From NCBI GenBank assembly GCA_965195345.1, contig OZ239628.1, forward strand, positions 1,711,553 to 1,775,552: a DNA stretch of 64,000 bases, given 5' to 3'. This stretch comes from an uncultured Thiomicrospira sp. Lineage in GTDB: Bacteria; Pseudomonadota; Gammaproteobacteria; CAKMZV01. The stretch's first letter is position 1; every line of letters starts with the position of its first letter. The notes under the pieces were generated by a model that worked only from the letters and a program-made list of their open reading frames with translations, searched no databases and was not told the origin of the DNA. The position numbers and the translations under genes are program-made. Positions 1 through 9,968 of this stretch are shown in pieces.

Positions 1-81
1 TTTATGTTTTAAGCGCATAAGTAGATGCTGAATTTTTTCAGCATGACTCATTGGTTGAGCAACCCTATTAGACAACGTCAT
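1..81 (-). CDS. partial ORF running off the window start (first 27 codons visible: MTLSNRVAQPMSHAEKIQHLLMRLKHK...); product unknown
   Basis: ATG at 79-81 on the minus strand, open reading frame continues to the window edge; too short to classify. Confidence 0.2.
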   Translation of the reverse strand, partial: MTLSNRVAQPMSHAEKIQHLLMRLKHK

Positions 82-526
82 AGGCTAACCGCAAAAACCA
101 TCATAATGCATCCACCGCACCATAAACATAATACTGTAAACCCGCTTGTCAAATATGTATTGATTTTAAGTCACTAAGCATAATAATATGTTTAAAAAAA
201 CCACATCAGTTTCTGAGAAAAGTTTTTTCTACTCTAATATATCAATGCACTTGGGAGTCTACTTCCAACATTCATCTTAACTCAGCCAAGGCTAAGTAAG
301 AAGAGCTCAGCAAGTATACTTTTTGTATTTTACACTTGAGTTTGAAGCGACTTATATATCAGCATATTAACAATTTCTCCATCAAGAAACCAATTTCCCT
401 GTTAGAAGCATATTAAAGGAGATTGTAAATATTCCCTCAACACCTAATTTATCACCGTTATTAGTTGTTATCGCTCGTCTTTTAAATCAAATAAGTACGC
501 ATATCCAGCATTTATATCGGTATGCT

Positions 527-1009
527 CTATTGAATTTCTTCATTAAGTAATTTTTGGTTTATAAGCCCAGCCTTCTTAAAAGTCAATTGCCCCTGCGGAT
601 TCAAGATATAAGTTTGAGGTAAACCAAACACTTTACCGAAAGGAGTCTCTCCACTCAAATTATTAGAATGAACGATAGGGAAATTAATCCCTAATTTTGT
701 TGCGAATTTTTGAACACCATCTGCGTCTATATCTTCAAAGTTCACTCCAATAACAGTGGCTTTTCCCGTCGGCAAATGCTGTTGATAAAAAGCTTCCAAA
801 TCAGGCATTTCCTTGCGGCATGGAGGACACCATGTTGCCCAATAATTGACAATCACCCACTTTCCCCTTAAATCAGCCAATGCTAATTTCTGACCATCAA
901 CCGTATTCCATTCTGCATCAACTTGAACGTTCTTCTCACCGTCATTTGAGCATCCGGTTACTAAAAAAAGGATTATAGTCAGTCCCCAATATATATTTTT
1001 CACTTTCAT
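527..1009 (-). CDS. thiol:disulfide oxidoreductase, TlpA/ResA/DsbE-like thioredoxin-fold lipoprotein
   Basis: WCPPC active-site motif (WATWCPPCRKEMP); N-terminal lipoprotein-type signal (LFLVTGCSN). Confidence 0.8.
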   Translation of the reverse strand: MKVKNIYWGLTIILFLVTGCSNDGEKNVQVDAEWNTVDGQKLALADLRGKWVIVNYWATWCPPCRKEMPDLEAFYQQHLPTGKATVIGVNFEDIDADGVQKFATKLGINFPIVHSNNLSGETPFGKVFGLPQTYILNPQGQLTFKKAGLINQKLLNEEIQ

Positions 1010-1097
1010 TTTTTCCTAAAGTTAAATGGTATTTGTAACGCCTGTTAAATATACGCCTTTTCGAATTCAATCTTTCGCATACAATACCATATAACCT

Positions 1098-1457
1098 ATG
1101 AATTCTCCTTGGCTTAAATATTGGCGTCTTAGTACTGTTTTGGCTATTAGTTGGTCATTACTATGGTTCATTTTCTTGAACCCATCTCAATATGTTCAAC
1201 CAATGGTTCAGGTTTTTTGGCTAGTCACGCCTTGGGCTTGGCTTCATTGGTGGGCGCGTAACGGTCATTATAAACCCATATTTTTAGCGCAGTTATTAAC
1301 CATTCTTTTCGCAGTTTTCAGCATGAGTTATTTAGTTGGCAACCAATATATATATGCTCTGATTGCTGTATTGCTTTGGTTCATTCTTTTTTACGTTGGC
1401 TTTAAACACCTTAAAATCATCAAACAAACTCTCACTCAACAATTCGATGCAAAATAG
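1098..1457 (+). CDS. small integral membrane protein (about 3 TM), function unknown
   Basis: hydrophobic, Trp-rich 119-aa ORF; ends 11 nt into purB. Confidence 0.4.
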   Translation: MNSPWLKYWRLSTVLAISWSLLWFIFLNPSQYVQPMVQVFWLVTPWAWLHWWARNGHYKPIFLAQLLTILFAVFSMSYLVGNQYIYALIAVLLWFILFYVGFKHLKIIKQTLTQQFDAK

Positions 1458-2808
1458 TTTACTCGCTTTATCTCCTTTAGATGGCAGATATCATACAAAA
1501 ATTTCTGAATTAACAACGTACTTCAGCGAATATGCACTAATTCGCAATCGTGTACGCGTAGAGATCGCATGGCTGATAACCCTTTCCGAATGCCCAGAAA
1601 TAACTGACATTCCCTCTCTCAGTAATACTGCCAAAAAAAAACTAGATGATATTATCGACGCCTTTGACGTAGAACAGGCCGTTATAGTAAAAAATCACGA
1701 ATCCTCCACTAATCACGATGTCAAAGCGGTCGAATACTATTTAAAAGAAGCAGTTTCAGATAATGAAGAACTGAAAAAAATCAGCGAATTTATCCATTTC
1801 TCTTGTACCTCTGAAGATATCAATAACCTTTCATACGCCCTTAGCATTCTGGAATCACGCGCTGTTATCAACCAACAGCTTTCAACTATAACAGGTACCC
1901 TTCGACTGATGTCGCATGCATTAGCAGGCACATCCATGCTTGCAAAAACGCACGGACAACCCGCATCGCCGACCACTATGGGCAAAGAACTAGCCAATCT
2001 CCTTTTCCGTATTGAAAAACAGATAAATCAACTCAATGAAATAGATATTTATGGCAAGTTCAACGGCGCAACAGGTAATTTCAACAGCCACTTTTGCGCC
2101 TATCCTGAGGTTGATTGGGAGAAAGTCTCTGCCCAATTTGTCCAAAGCATGCACTTGACATGGAACGCATACACGACTCAGATCGAACCACACGATTATT
2201 ATGCAGAGTACTTTCATAATCTGATGCGCATAAACACTATCTTGATTGATCTTAGTCGTGACATGTGGGGCTATATTTCATTTGGTCTTTTCAAACAAAA
2301 AGTTATTGCCAATGAAATTGGATCATCAGCAATGCCTCACAAAGTCAATCCTATTGATTTTGAAAATGCTGAAGGCAACCTTGGACTTTCGAATGCTTTA
2401 CTTGCCCACATGGCAGACAAATTACCTGTTTCCAGATTTCAAAGAGACCTAAGCGACTCCACCGTTCAGCGGAATATCGGTTCTGCAATCGCTTACGCAC
2501 TCATTGCTTGGAAAGCATTAGCAAAAGGATTGACGAAATTAGAAATCAACTCCAAACAGATACAAAATGAACTTGATGCCAATCCTGAAGTTTTAGCTGA
2601 AGCGGTACAAACAGTTATGCGCCGTTATGGCATAGAAAAACCATACGAAAAGTTGAAGCATTTAACCAGAGGCAAACAATTTGATAAGCAGGCATTTAAA
2701 GTGTTTATTCAAAATCTTGAAATCCCCAAAGAAGCCAAACAACGTTTACTATCGCTAAAACCAGAGGGATACATTGGAAATGCAACGGACAAAGCACGTT
2801 CAATCTGA
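1447..2808 (+). CDS. purB: adenylosuccinate lyase
   Basis: N-terminus LSPLDGRYH matches the PurB start. Lyase-family signature GSSAMPHKVNP and HGQPASPTTMGKE are present. The track ORF begins 84 nt upstream, but the internal Met at 1447 fits the homolog start. Confidence 0.9.
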   Translation: MQNSLLALSPLDGRYHTKISELTTYFSEYALIRNRVRVEIAWLITLSECPEITDIPSLSNTAKKKLDDIIDAFDVEQAVIVKNHESSTNHDVKAVEYYLKEAVSDNEELKKISEFIHFSCTSEDINNLSYALSILESRAVINQQLSTITGTLRLMSHALAGTSMLAKTHGQPASPTTMGKELANLLFRIEKQINQLNEIDIYGKFNGATGNFNSHFCAYPEVDWEKVSAQFVQSMHLTWNAYTTQIEPHDYYAEYFHNLMRINTILIDLSRDMWGYISFGLFKQKVIANEIGSSAMPHKVNPIDFENAEGNLGLSNALLAHMADKLPVSRFQRDLSDSTVQRNIGSAIAYALIAWKALAKGLTKLEINSKQIQNELDANPEVLAEAVQTVMRRYGIEKPYEKLKHLTRGKQFDKQAFKVFIQNLEIPKEAKQRLLSLKPEGYIGNATDKARSI

Positions 2809-2951
2809 CTTCAACATTTAATACCCACCGAACAAACTCTTCTTATTGATATTATTAGCCATAAGGCTATTAGAAAAGATAACCCTTAGTAGCTGGTAGC
2901 TCGCATTTTCCTATAATCCATTAAGCGAAAAACAGTACAAGGTTGTTTTGT

Positions 2952-3182
2952 TTATGATTCGTCCTGTTCTTTAGACTTACGGACCAACGTTTCAATCATC
3001 CCGATAACAATGCGTACGTAAATGAATGTTCCTAGCAACAACACAGGATGATCTGCCATTGCAGGAAAATCAATCCACAATTTCAAAGGAAATGCAAAGG
3101 AGACAATGAATGCAACGATTCCCCAAGGACGATTAAAATCCATCCATAGAAAAAATTTTAATGCCCAGTAGTACATATCCAC
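2952..3182 (-). CDS. small inner-membrane protein (2 TM), unknown function
   Basis: 76-aa ORF with two hydrophobic helices and a charged C-tail. Confidence 0.35.
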   Translation of the reverse strand: MDMYYWALKFFLWMDFNRPWGIVAFIVSFAFPLKLWIDFPAMADHPVLLLGTFIYVRIVIGMIETLVRKSKEQDES

Positions 3183-3394
3183 ATAACGAGATTAACCAAG
3201 ATAAGCGGGGAATGATTAGCAATCATCAATTTAACCATTTTCTCTACATATCGGCATCAATAAAAACCCTAACAATGAAGGAGCGTTTAATAACTTATAG
3301 CGCTGGTGCATTGATTTCATATAAAAAGTCACGATTATTTAAATCTATGAGAAAATGCCAGTAAATTTGCAAACCCACTACTAAAGGTAACATT

Positions 3395-3712
3395 ATGGCA
3401 CAATATGTCTTGGTTTATTTAGGTGGAAATCCACCATCCACACCCGAAGAAGGGCAAAAACATTTTGCAAGATACATGGAATGGATAAAATCATTGGGTG
3501 ATGCTGCCGTCAGTCCCGCAAACCCACTAAAAGATACCCATACAGTACTTCCAGATGGCTCAATAAAAGATGGAGGAATGATTGGTATGTCAGGCTACAC
3601 CATTGTTGAAGCCGATTCAATGGATGAGGCACTAAAAATGGCAAAATCGTGCCCGTTTTTAGAAATAAATGGAACACTAGAAGTATCGGAACGAATCGAT
3701 ATGGCGATGTAA
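3395..3712 (+). CDS. YciI-like (YCII-related) small stress/dimeric alpha-beta barrel protein
   Basis: 105-aa; MAQYVLVYLGG N-terminus and overall pattern typical of the YciI/DGPF family. Confidence 0.6.
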   Translation: MAQYVLVYLGGNPPSTPEEGQKHFARYMEWIKSLGDAAVSPANPLKDTHTVLPDGSIKDGGMIGMSGYTIVEADSMDEALKMAKSCPFLEINGTLEVSERIDMAM

Positions 3713-4194
3713 AAAATTAGTTTCAACTATGTACTTCACATAAAAAAAGAAAAACTGGCAACGTGATTTTTGTTTGTTCTTTATGGATAAGAAAATTTAG
3801 AATTATTCCTCAACTGCTTGAAACACACTTTTTTTTAATTTCTTTCTGATAACTGAATACTTGATTCAAAAATGGAGTCATTGTCAGTGACTTTTGTCCG
3901 ATTCCTAAAAATGAACGATAGTATAAAAAAAGAATAAGCAAAACAAAAAAAGTTTAAAGCTCAATTTGCTAGCAAAGGCATATAATGATTATCGTCCCTT
4001 ATCTTTCTATAAATAATCTATGAAATCATTCTTTAATAAACATCAAACTCAAAACTCTCACGACTCGATATTCGTAGGTGAATTCTTTTTATATTTAATA
4101 AAACCATTGGTATGATTTCACAGAACAGCGTCCAAAAAAAATTCATCAAACACTCTCGCTGGAATTTTAACAGGAATCCCTATTGAGTTAATTT

Positions 4195-5502
4195 ATGAAT
4201 TTATTTAATATTAAATTACCGAGCGACCGCGCAATATACTACAGAGATAATATTGAAGGTAATTCATTTTTTTTAATTCTAGCCACATTGACCGTTTATT
4301 GTTATTTTTGCCTTGGTCTTGTCCTACCTTTTGCTCATGGAATCCCAGCAATTTTGCTAATAATTTTAGGTGTTTGGAGTCTAATTAGACATACGCCCAC
4401 ATCAAATCCCTATCCATCAAAATGGTTACTGGCGATGTACCTATTACCGGTTATAACCGCTATTCCTCACTTGATGATGGACAATGACTTTGAAGTGCTT
4501 GACACGCCTTCGCGCTATCTTCTTGCAATACCGTTGCTTTGGCTTATACCATTCATTCGTATTAATGCACAATTCCTCTTATTCAGTGCTGCCTGCGGAT
4601 TATGGGTTGGTGGTATTGGAGCACTCCTAGGATATTTCAATTTCATAGACTATTACTCCCCTCCTCCACGGTTGGCTCTAATAAACGGAGTCCATGTTAT
4701 CTTCTATGCATACTTACAGGCAGCTCTTTTTATCATAACTTTTGCGTATCTTCTTTTGCTTAGACCCACCAAGCGTTGGTTTATTATTTTCATATTAGGT
4801 GGGTTAGGGCTAGGCTTTTTTGCACTATTTTCATCAGGCACACGAGGAGCATGGCTTTCATTAATAATTATTTTGCCCACTTTAGTATTCATGCAGTACA
4901 AACCGAAAAAACAAAGTCTTTGGAGACTCCTCTTTCCCCCCTTGACTATTCTTTTATTAATAATAGGTTCATCCCAAATTCCTCATGTAAAAAAGACCTA
5001 TAGCGAGGATATCAATGAAATAAAGAGTTACATTGCTTCCAATCAACTTGGAAACTTTGCGAAAAGTAGTTTTGGAGAGCGGGTTATAAGATGGCATGAA
5101 GCATTGCTACTATTTTCAGAACGACCGTTGCTTGGTTGGGGCTATCAAGATCGCTTTGAACGTCATCAACAATATATAAAAGAAGGAAAAAGCCATCACT
5201 ACAAAGTCGATGGACTAAAATCTTCAACGCATAATGAAATATTACACATGGCCGCCCAGCGAGGTATTCTCGGACTGATTGCTCTCTTTCCTCTTTACAT
5301 AATCCCAGTTTGGATAGCGTGGAAAAAAGAAAAAGTTGTTCGTATTCCGATTATTTGCTTAGCAGCAACATACTTTATTTCAGGCCTTACAGAGTCTCCT
5401 CTACTCTATCATCAAGCGACTGCATTATTTTATGCTTTTACCATTCCTCTGCTTTTATCAGCAAAAACCGTACCTATTAAACAGTCGGCTACTCCTGTTT
5501 GA
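4195..5502 (+). CDS. O-antigen ligase/polymerase family (Wzy_C-type) polytopic membrane protein
   Basis: about 10-12 TM helices. Large periplasmic loop (residues about 300-350) with conserved His/Arg (ERHQQY..HNEILHMAAQRG), as in WaaL/O-antigen ligases. Confidence 0.6.
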   Translation: MNLFNIKLPSDRAIYYRDNIEGNSFFLILATLTVYCYFCLGLVLPFAHGIPAILLIILGVWSLIRHTPTSNPYPSKWLLAMYLLPVITAIPHLMMDNDFEVLDTPSRYLLAIPLLWLIPFIRINAQFLLFSAACGLWVGGIGALLGYFNFIDYYSPPPRLALINGVHVIFYAYLQAALFIITFAYLLLLRPTKRWFIIFILGGLGLGFFALFSSGTRGAWLSLIIILPTLVFMQYKPKKQSLWRLLFPPLTILLLIIGSSQIPHVKKTYSEDINEIKSYIASNQLGNFAKSSFGERVIRWHEALLLFSERPLLGWGYQDRFERHQQYIKEGKSHHYKVDGLKSSTHNEILHMAAQRGILGLIALFPLYIIPVWIAWKKEKVVRIPIICLAATYFISGLTESPLLYHQATALFYAFTIPLLLSAKTVPIKQSATPV

Positions 5503-5524
5503 AACACTTTGATCGTTCACAGCA

Positions 5525-6721
5525 ATGTTTGATTTACTGAGACAAAACAAAACCACACTTTATGGTGCTAGCGCCTTAACCATCATCATATTAATCTTGG
5601 TCTGCTCAATTCCCTTTCAACAAGGACCGCTGATTTTTGAAACACTTCATCACGTCACTGTTCAATTCTTAAAAGGAAACGATCCCTATTCTTCCTTTCC
5701 ACAATACTATTTATACAAATACAGTCCCACTTTTTTGCTTTTAGTCTTAACCCCATTAGCGCAGTTTGAAGTACTACCTGCTGCAATACTGTGGCAGTTC
5801 ATTTCAGTGGGATTGTGGTTCTTTGGATTGATGCTATTGCTTGCTAAATTGCCCTTTAAAACATGTCCAAGTTGGGGTTGGATGCTGTTGATTGTTTTTT
5901 CAACCTTACATGATATTTTCGCAAACAGCGTTTATCTTCAATCAAATGCTATCGTACTAGCAGGCATGATGTTTGCAACGCATTTTTATCAAAAAAAACA
6001 CTGGGCTTTGGCTGCTTTGATGCTTGCCTTTGTAACTAACATGAAAATATTTCCTATTGTTTTTATGCTTCTCCTTTTCTGTGACAGACAATACCGATTT
6101 ATTATGTGGAGCGTCTTATTTTCAATGCTTTTTGCCATAGTTCCTTACGTCACTATAGGAATCGGAAAAGCAAACCTTCTATACCAAAGTTGGATGAACA
6201 ACTTAATTATTGATCGCTCTCTGATATGGGGGGAAGATATTCATCATTACCTCAGTATTAAGCCTTTCAGTCAACTGCACTTTAACTATGTGTGGGGAGA
6301 TAATTACATTGTTTTGTTAGCAGCAGTCGCACTGGTTGTCGCATGGATTGTTGTTCGTCATCGAGACAAACAAGCTTTTTCTACTGTACAAACACACCAA
6401 ATATTGGCACTCTCTTTATCATTCATTTTATTATTCAATACCCGCACTGAAGGACCTTCTCTAGTTTTTCTGACTGCCATATACCCTTTCCTCTGGTCAT
6501 GGATATACACTCAGTCTACCAAGAAACGTTTTTATAGTTGGTTATTAACAGCTCTATTCATTCTAACCTCTTTATCAACAACCGATATATTCAGAAATAC
6601 TTGGATTCAACAAATCTCATGGGACAACAATCTGCGTGCATTGGGCATCCTATTTCTTTTTATATGGATTATTCTCACCGTCATCAAGCGACAAAAAATG
6701 ACGGAGAAAGAAGGCGTTTAA
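5525..6721 (+). CDS. polytopic membrane protein, possibly DUF2029/GT87-like glycosyltransferase
   Basis: 398-aa, more than 10 TM segments. Adjacent to the O-antigen-ligase-like gene with a 22-nt gap, likely co-transcribed. Confidence 0.4.
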   Translation: MFDLLRQNKTTLYGASALTIIILILVCSIPFQQGPLIFETLHHVTVQFLKGNDPYSSFPQYYLYKYSPTFLLLVLTPLAQFEVLPAAILWQFISVGLWFFGLMLLLAKLPFKTCPSWGWMLLIVFSTLHDIFANSVYLQSNAIVLAGMMFATHFYQKKHWALAALMLAFVTNMKIFPIVFMLLLFCDRQYRFIMWSVLFSMLFAIVPYVTIGIGKANLLYQSWMNNLIIDRSLIWGEDIHHYLSIKPFSQLHFNYVWGDNYIVLLAAVALVVAWIVVRHRDKQAFSTVQTHQILALSLSFILLFNTRTEGPSLVFLTAIYPFLWSWIYTQSTKKRFYSWLLTALFILTSLSTTDIFRNTWIQQISWDNNLRALGILFLFIWIILTVIKRQKMTEKEGV

Positions 6722-6757
6722 TTAGAATACTTAAATTGTCCCAAAAAAACTCCGTCT

Positions 6758-9283
6758 TCACAATCTTGAAATAATCTTTTCAATCTGTTCTTTGCTATTG
6801 ATTGAGCAATTACTGTTCAGCACACGTTCAAGCTGTGCTCTTGCTTTAAGCTTATTGCCTTCAGGCAAGTGTTGTACACCATCAAAACCAGTGAATATAC
6901 GAGCTGCCAATTGTGCGTTTTCGCTATCCACTCTAATCAAAGACTCCGATACCAATGCGTACCCTTTCCCATCTTCACGATGAAAAGCAACCATGTTTTG
7001 CATAAACGGTACCAATAATCCGCGCACTCTATTGGGTAGATTCCAATTGAAATCAGGATGATCAAACAATGCTTCAGCGACTTCTACTGTTGTTTCAACT
7101 GGCGGAAGCATTGATAAAGCAAACCAACGATCAATCAGCAAAGATTCTCCTTTTGCTTGCTCATAGAAATCTGCTAAAAGCCCTGTCCGACGACGGCATT
7201 CTTTTTTTGGTCTAAGCAGTGCCGCTGCAAGAGCACCCAGCCTTTCTGTCATATTCGTTGCCGTTTCAAACTGTTTGGATGCGTAATCTGGCTGATCAAT
7301 AGCAATAAAACGTAGTAGCTGATTTCTCAATGAACGAATACCTATTTGATCTGCCGCTGGACTATAGGGTTGAGTTAATTCTGTTGATAACTGAGTATAT
7401 CGCTCTATAAGTACGTCACCCAGCTCTTTCCCAATTTCTTTGATTATTTCTTGGGTGCGTTTGCATAAATTTAAAAAATCCATTCCCCCTTCCGATAACA
7501 ATGAACGAATTCCAGGCATTTGTAAAAGAAAGCTCAATAGTTTTGGATCAATGCCTTGCTCAGCAACAAGAATGGAGATTGCTTTAACAAGCGTATTTAT
7601 ATCGAGTTTTCCAAGCATTGCAGCTTGAAAATTGCGTCTCGTGGCAAACCAGCGATTATATGCATCATTGTCGTATTGCATGAGATGCAACCAATCACTA
7701 TCACTTGCATCCCACTCCAAACGGACTGGGGAAGACAATCTTCGCAATGGGGAGAGTACGCTGCCTTCAGGTACATCTTTAACAGTTATTTCTAAGTGGG
7801 GTTCGTTAAAGACAATCATTTCATCATCTTTCAAGCAGCAACCTTTACTATCTATAACACCATAGACAAAAGGAATGGGTAGTATGGCATTATTCTGGCA
7901 ATGTTGCTGCAATTCAATAGTTAAACAATCATTCGACCATTTTGAACGCACTTTCAATGTTGGCGTGCCTGCTTGATCATACCAACCTTTCAACATCGAC
8001 AAATCTACTCCATTCGCCTCTCCCATCGCATCCCTAAATTCTTCAACAGTTGCGCCAGTGCCATCGTGTTTTTTTAAATAATGTCGCAACCCCTTATTAA
8101 AACCCTCACGTCCAAGTATTGTTTGGTATAGGCGGACTACTTCTGCGCCTTTTTCGTATATAGTATGTGTGTAAAAATTATTGATTTCAGCATACTCTTT
8201 GGGTTGGATTGGATGCGACAATGCGCCCGCATCCTCAACAAATTGTAAATCCATCAAAAGCTGAACGTCTTCAATGCGTTTGCAAACACCATCGCGCATA
8301 TCAGCCGTAAACTCCTGATCACGAAATACCGTCAACCCCTCTTTTAAAGTTAATTGAAACCAATCACGGCAAGTTACGCGATTGCCCGTCCAATTATGGA
8401 AATATTCATGAGCAACCACTGACTCAATACGTTCATAATCAATGTCAGACGCCATGTCAGATTGGGCAAAAACCAATTTGGCATTGAAAATATTCAGCCC
8501 TTTGTTTTCCATCGCACCAGAGTTGAAATGATCAACTGCAACGATGTGAAAAACATCCAAATCATAGCTCAGCCCGAATCGCTCCTCATCCCAGCGCATC
8601 GACTTTTTTAAAGATTCCAAAGCAAAATAACATTTATCAATATGTTGCCGCTCGGCATGAATTTTCAAAGTAACTTCTCGACCCTCATTAGTGGTAAAAC
8701 TGTCGGCTTTTGTAAGTAATGGACCTGCAACCAAGGCAAATAAATAACAAGGTTTAGGATGTGGATCTACAAAAGTTGCAAAATGCCGCTGTAAGTCCAG
8801 CGATCCTTGGTCGATACAATTACCATTACTTAACAAGATGGGACATCGCTCAATATCGGCTTCTATTCGCACTGTAAATTGTGAAAGAACATCTGGGCGA
8901 TCGGGAAACCACGTAATACGTCGAAAACCTTCTGCTTCGCATTGTGTACAGTAGATACTATTTGAATAATATAACCCTTCAAAACATTTATTGCGCTTAG
9001 GATCAATGCGTACAATAGTTCTAAGATGCACATCATTTGGCAAAGCATGAATACTCAATGTATCTTTGTCTATCGTATATTGTTCACAGTCTAATAATGC
9101 GCCATTTACTTCTGCTGAAATCATCTCAAGGTCCTCACCGTTGAGCACCAACGTATTCTCTTCACCTTTACTCTGAAACCTCAAATAACTATGCACTTCA
9201 CAGTAGTCATCATAGAGTTTAAATGTCAAAGAAACCATTTTAAGGTTCCACGGATAAGCCTTATAATCTTTCAAATAAAACAT
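6758..9283 (-). CDS. pepN: aminopeptidase N (M1 family)
   Basis: GAMEN plus HEYFHNWTGNRVT (HEXXH) and LKEGLTVFRDQEF zinc-binding motifs; 841 aa. Confidence 0.95.
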   Translation of the reverse strand: MFYLKDYKAYPWNLKMVSLTFKLYDDYCEVHSYLRFQSKGEENTLVLNGEDLEMISAEVNGALLDCEQYTIDKDTLSIHALPNDVHLRTIVRIDPKRNKCFEGLYYSNSIYCTQCEAEGFRRITWFPDRPDVLSQFTVRIEADIERCPILLSNGNCIDQGSLDLQRHFATFVDPHPKPCYLFALVAGPLLTKADSFTTNEGREVTLKIHAERQHIDKCYFALESLKKSMRWDEERFGLSYDLDVFHIVAVDHFNSGAMENKGLNIFNAKLVFAQSDMASDIDYERIESVVAHEYFHNWTGNRVTCRDWFQLTLKEGLTVFRDQEFTADMRDGVCKRIEDVQLLMDLQFVEDAGALSHPIQPKEYAEINNFYTHTIYEKGAEVVRLYQTILGREGFNKGLRHYLKKHDGTGATVEEFRDAMGEANGVDLSMLKGWYDQAGTPTLKVRSKWSNDCLTIELQQHCQNNAILPIPFVYGVIDSKGCCLKDDEMIVFNEPHLEITVKDVPEGSVLSPLRRLSSPVRLEWDASDSDWLHLMQYDNDAYNRWFATRRNFQAAMLGKLDINTLVKAISILVAEQGIDPKLLSFLLQMPGIRSLLSEGGMDFLNLCKRTQEIIKEIGKELGDVLIERYTQLSTELTQPYSPAADQIGIRSLRNQLLRFIAIDQPDYASKQFETATNMTERLGALAAALLRPKKECRRRTGLLADFYEQAKGESLLIDRWFALSMLPPVETTVEVAEALFDHPDFNWNLPNRVRGLLVPFMQNMVAFHREDGKGYALVSESLIRVDSENAQLAARIFTGFDGVQHLPEGNKLKARAQLERVLNSNCSINSKEQIEKIISRL

Positions 9284-9326
9284 TTTTTCCTTATTATTTT
9301 AATAATCCAAAGACACCAGTCCGTTC

Positions 9327-9968
9327 TTATTGGGCTGATATAGGATTGAAATTTAATCGTTTTTTTAACTTAAACAAATGCTCGTATCCTTCCCCTCCTG
9401 GTACATTTTTTTCTTTATTTGAAAGGACATGTTCAACTTCAAAATATCTTTTGCATTCACTGTAAACATCTTCTGCAGTTAGGGAGAACGGAGGCGATTT
9501 TTCGCTGTTATGCTCCAATGCGATCAAAAAAACTTCTCCATTATCACGCAATAATTCAGCAATTTTTGCCAAATAATCATCCCGCATATGCTTTGGAAGT
9601 GCGATCAATGCTGCTCGATCGTACACTGCATCAAAATCATTGGCATAGGTAAAAAAGTCCGTACAGTGAACGAAAAGGTTTTGGCATCTATATACTTGTT
9701 CAGCGTTATTCTTTTGTATTTGCGCCTGTAAACCCGTTTCTGCAAAAAACGATTCTATAGCGTGTTGATTAATTTCCACTGCGTGCGTCTCAACACCAAG
9801 ATTCTTAAAAAAAACCATGCATTGCGCCTTGCCACACATTGGAACCAAAATCTTTTTAGGCTGACCCATCACTTCCTTCCAATATCTAATCAACAACGGA
9901 TGCATGCCTCCCAAATCAAAACCAATACGGTTTTCATGCCAACGACTATTCCAATATTCAATATCCAT
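9327..9968 (-). CDS. tpm: thiopurine S-methyltransferase family (SAM-dependent)
   Basis: EYWNSRWHENRIGFDLG...LVPMCGKA pattern typical of bacterial TPMT. Likely start at the internal Met (MDIEYW); the track ORF extends to 10013. Confidence 0.7.
   Translation of the reverse strand: MDIEYWNSRWHENRIGFDLGGMHPLLIRYWKEVMGQPKKILVPMCGKAQCMVFFKNLGVETHAVEINQHAIESFFAETGLQAQIQKNNAEQVYRCQNLFVHCTDFFTYANDFDAVYDRAALIALPKHMRDDYLAKIAELLRDNGEVFLIALEHNSEKSPPFSLTAEDVYSECKRYFEVEHVLSNKEKNVPGGEGYEHLFKLKKRLNFNPISAQ

Noticed and set aside
1363-1446. Upstream 28-codon extension of purB given by the ORF track
   Set aside because: The extension (MLYCFGSFFFTLALNTLKSSNKLSLNNS) is not PurB-like and overlaps the preceding membrane-protein gene. 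The internal Met at 1447 aligns with the canonical PurB N-terminus.
3713-4194. 480-bp AT-rich non-coding stretch upstream of the O-antigen-ligase-like gene (possible sRNA or regulatory region)
   Set aside because: No convincing hairpin/terminator pair, promoter consensus or conserved motif could be identified by eye, so I left it unannotated.
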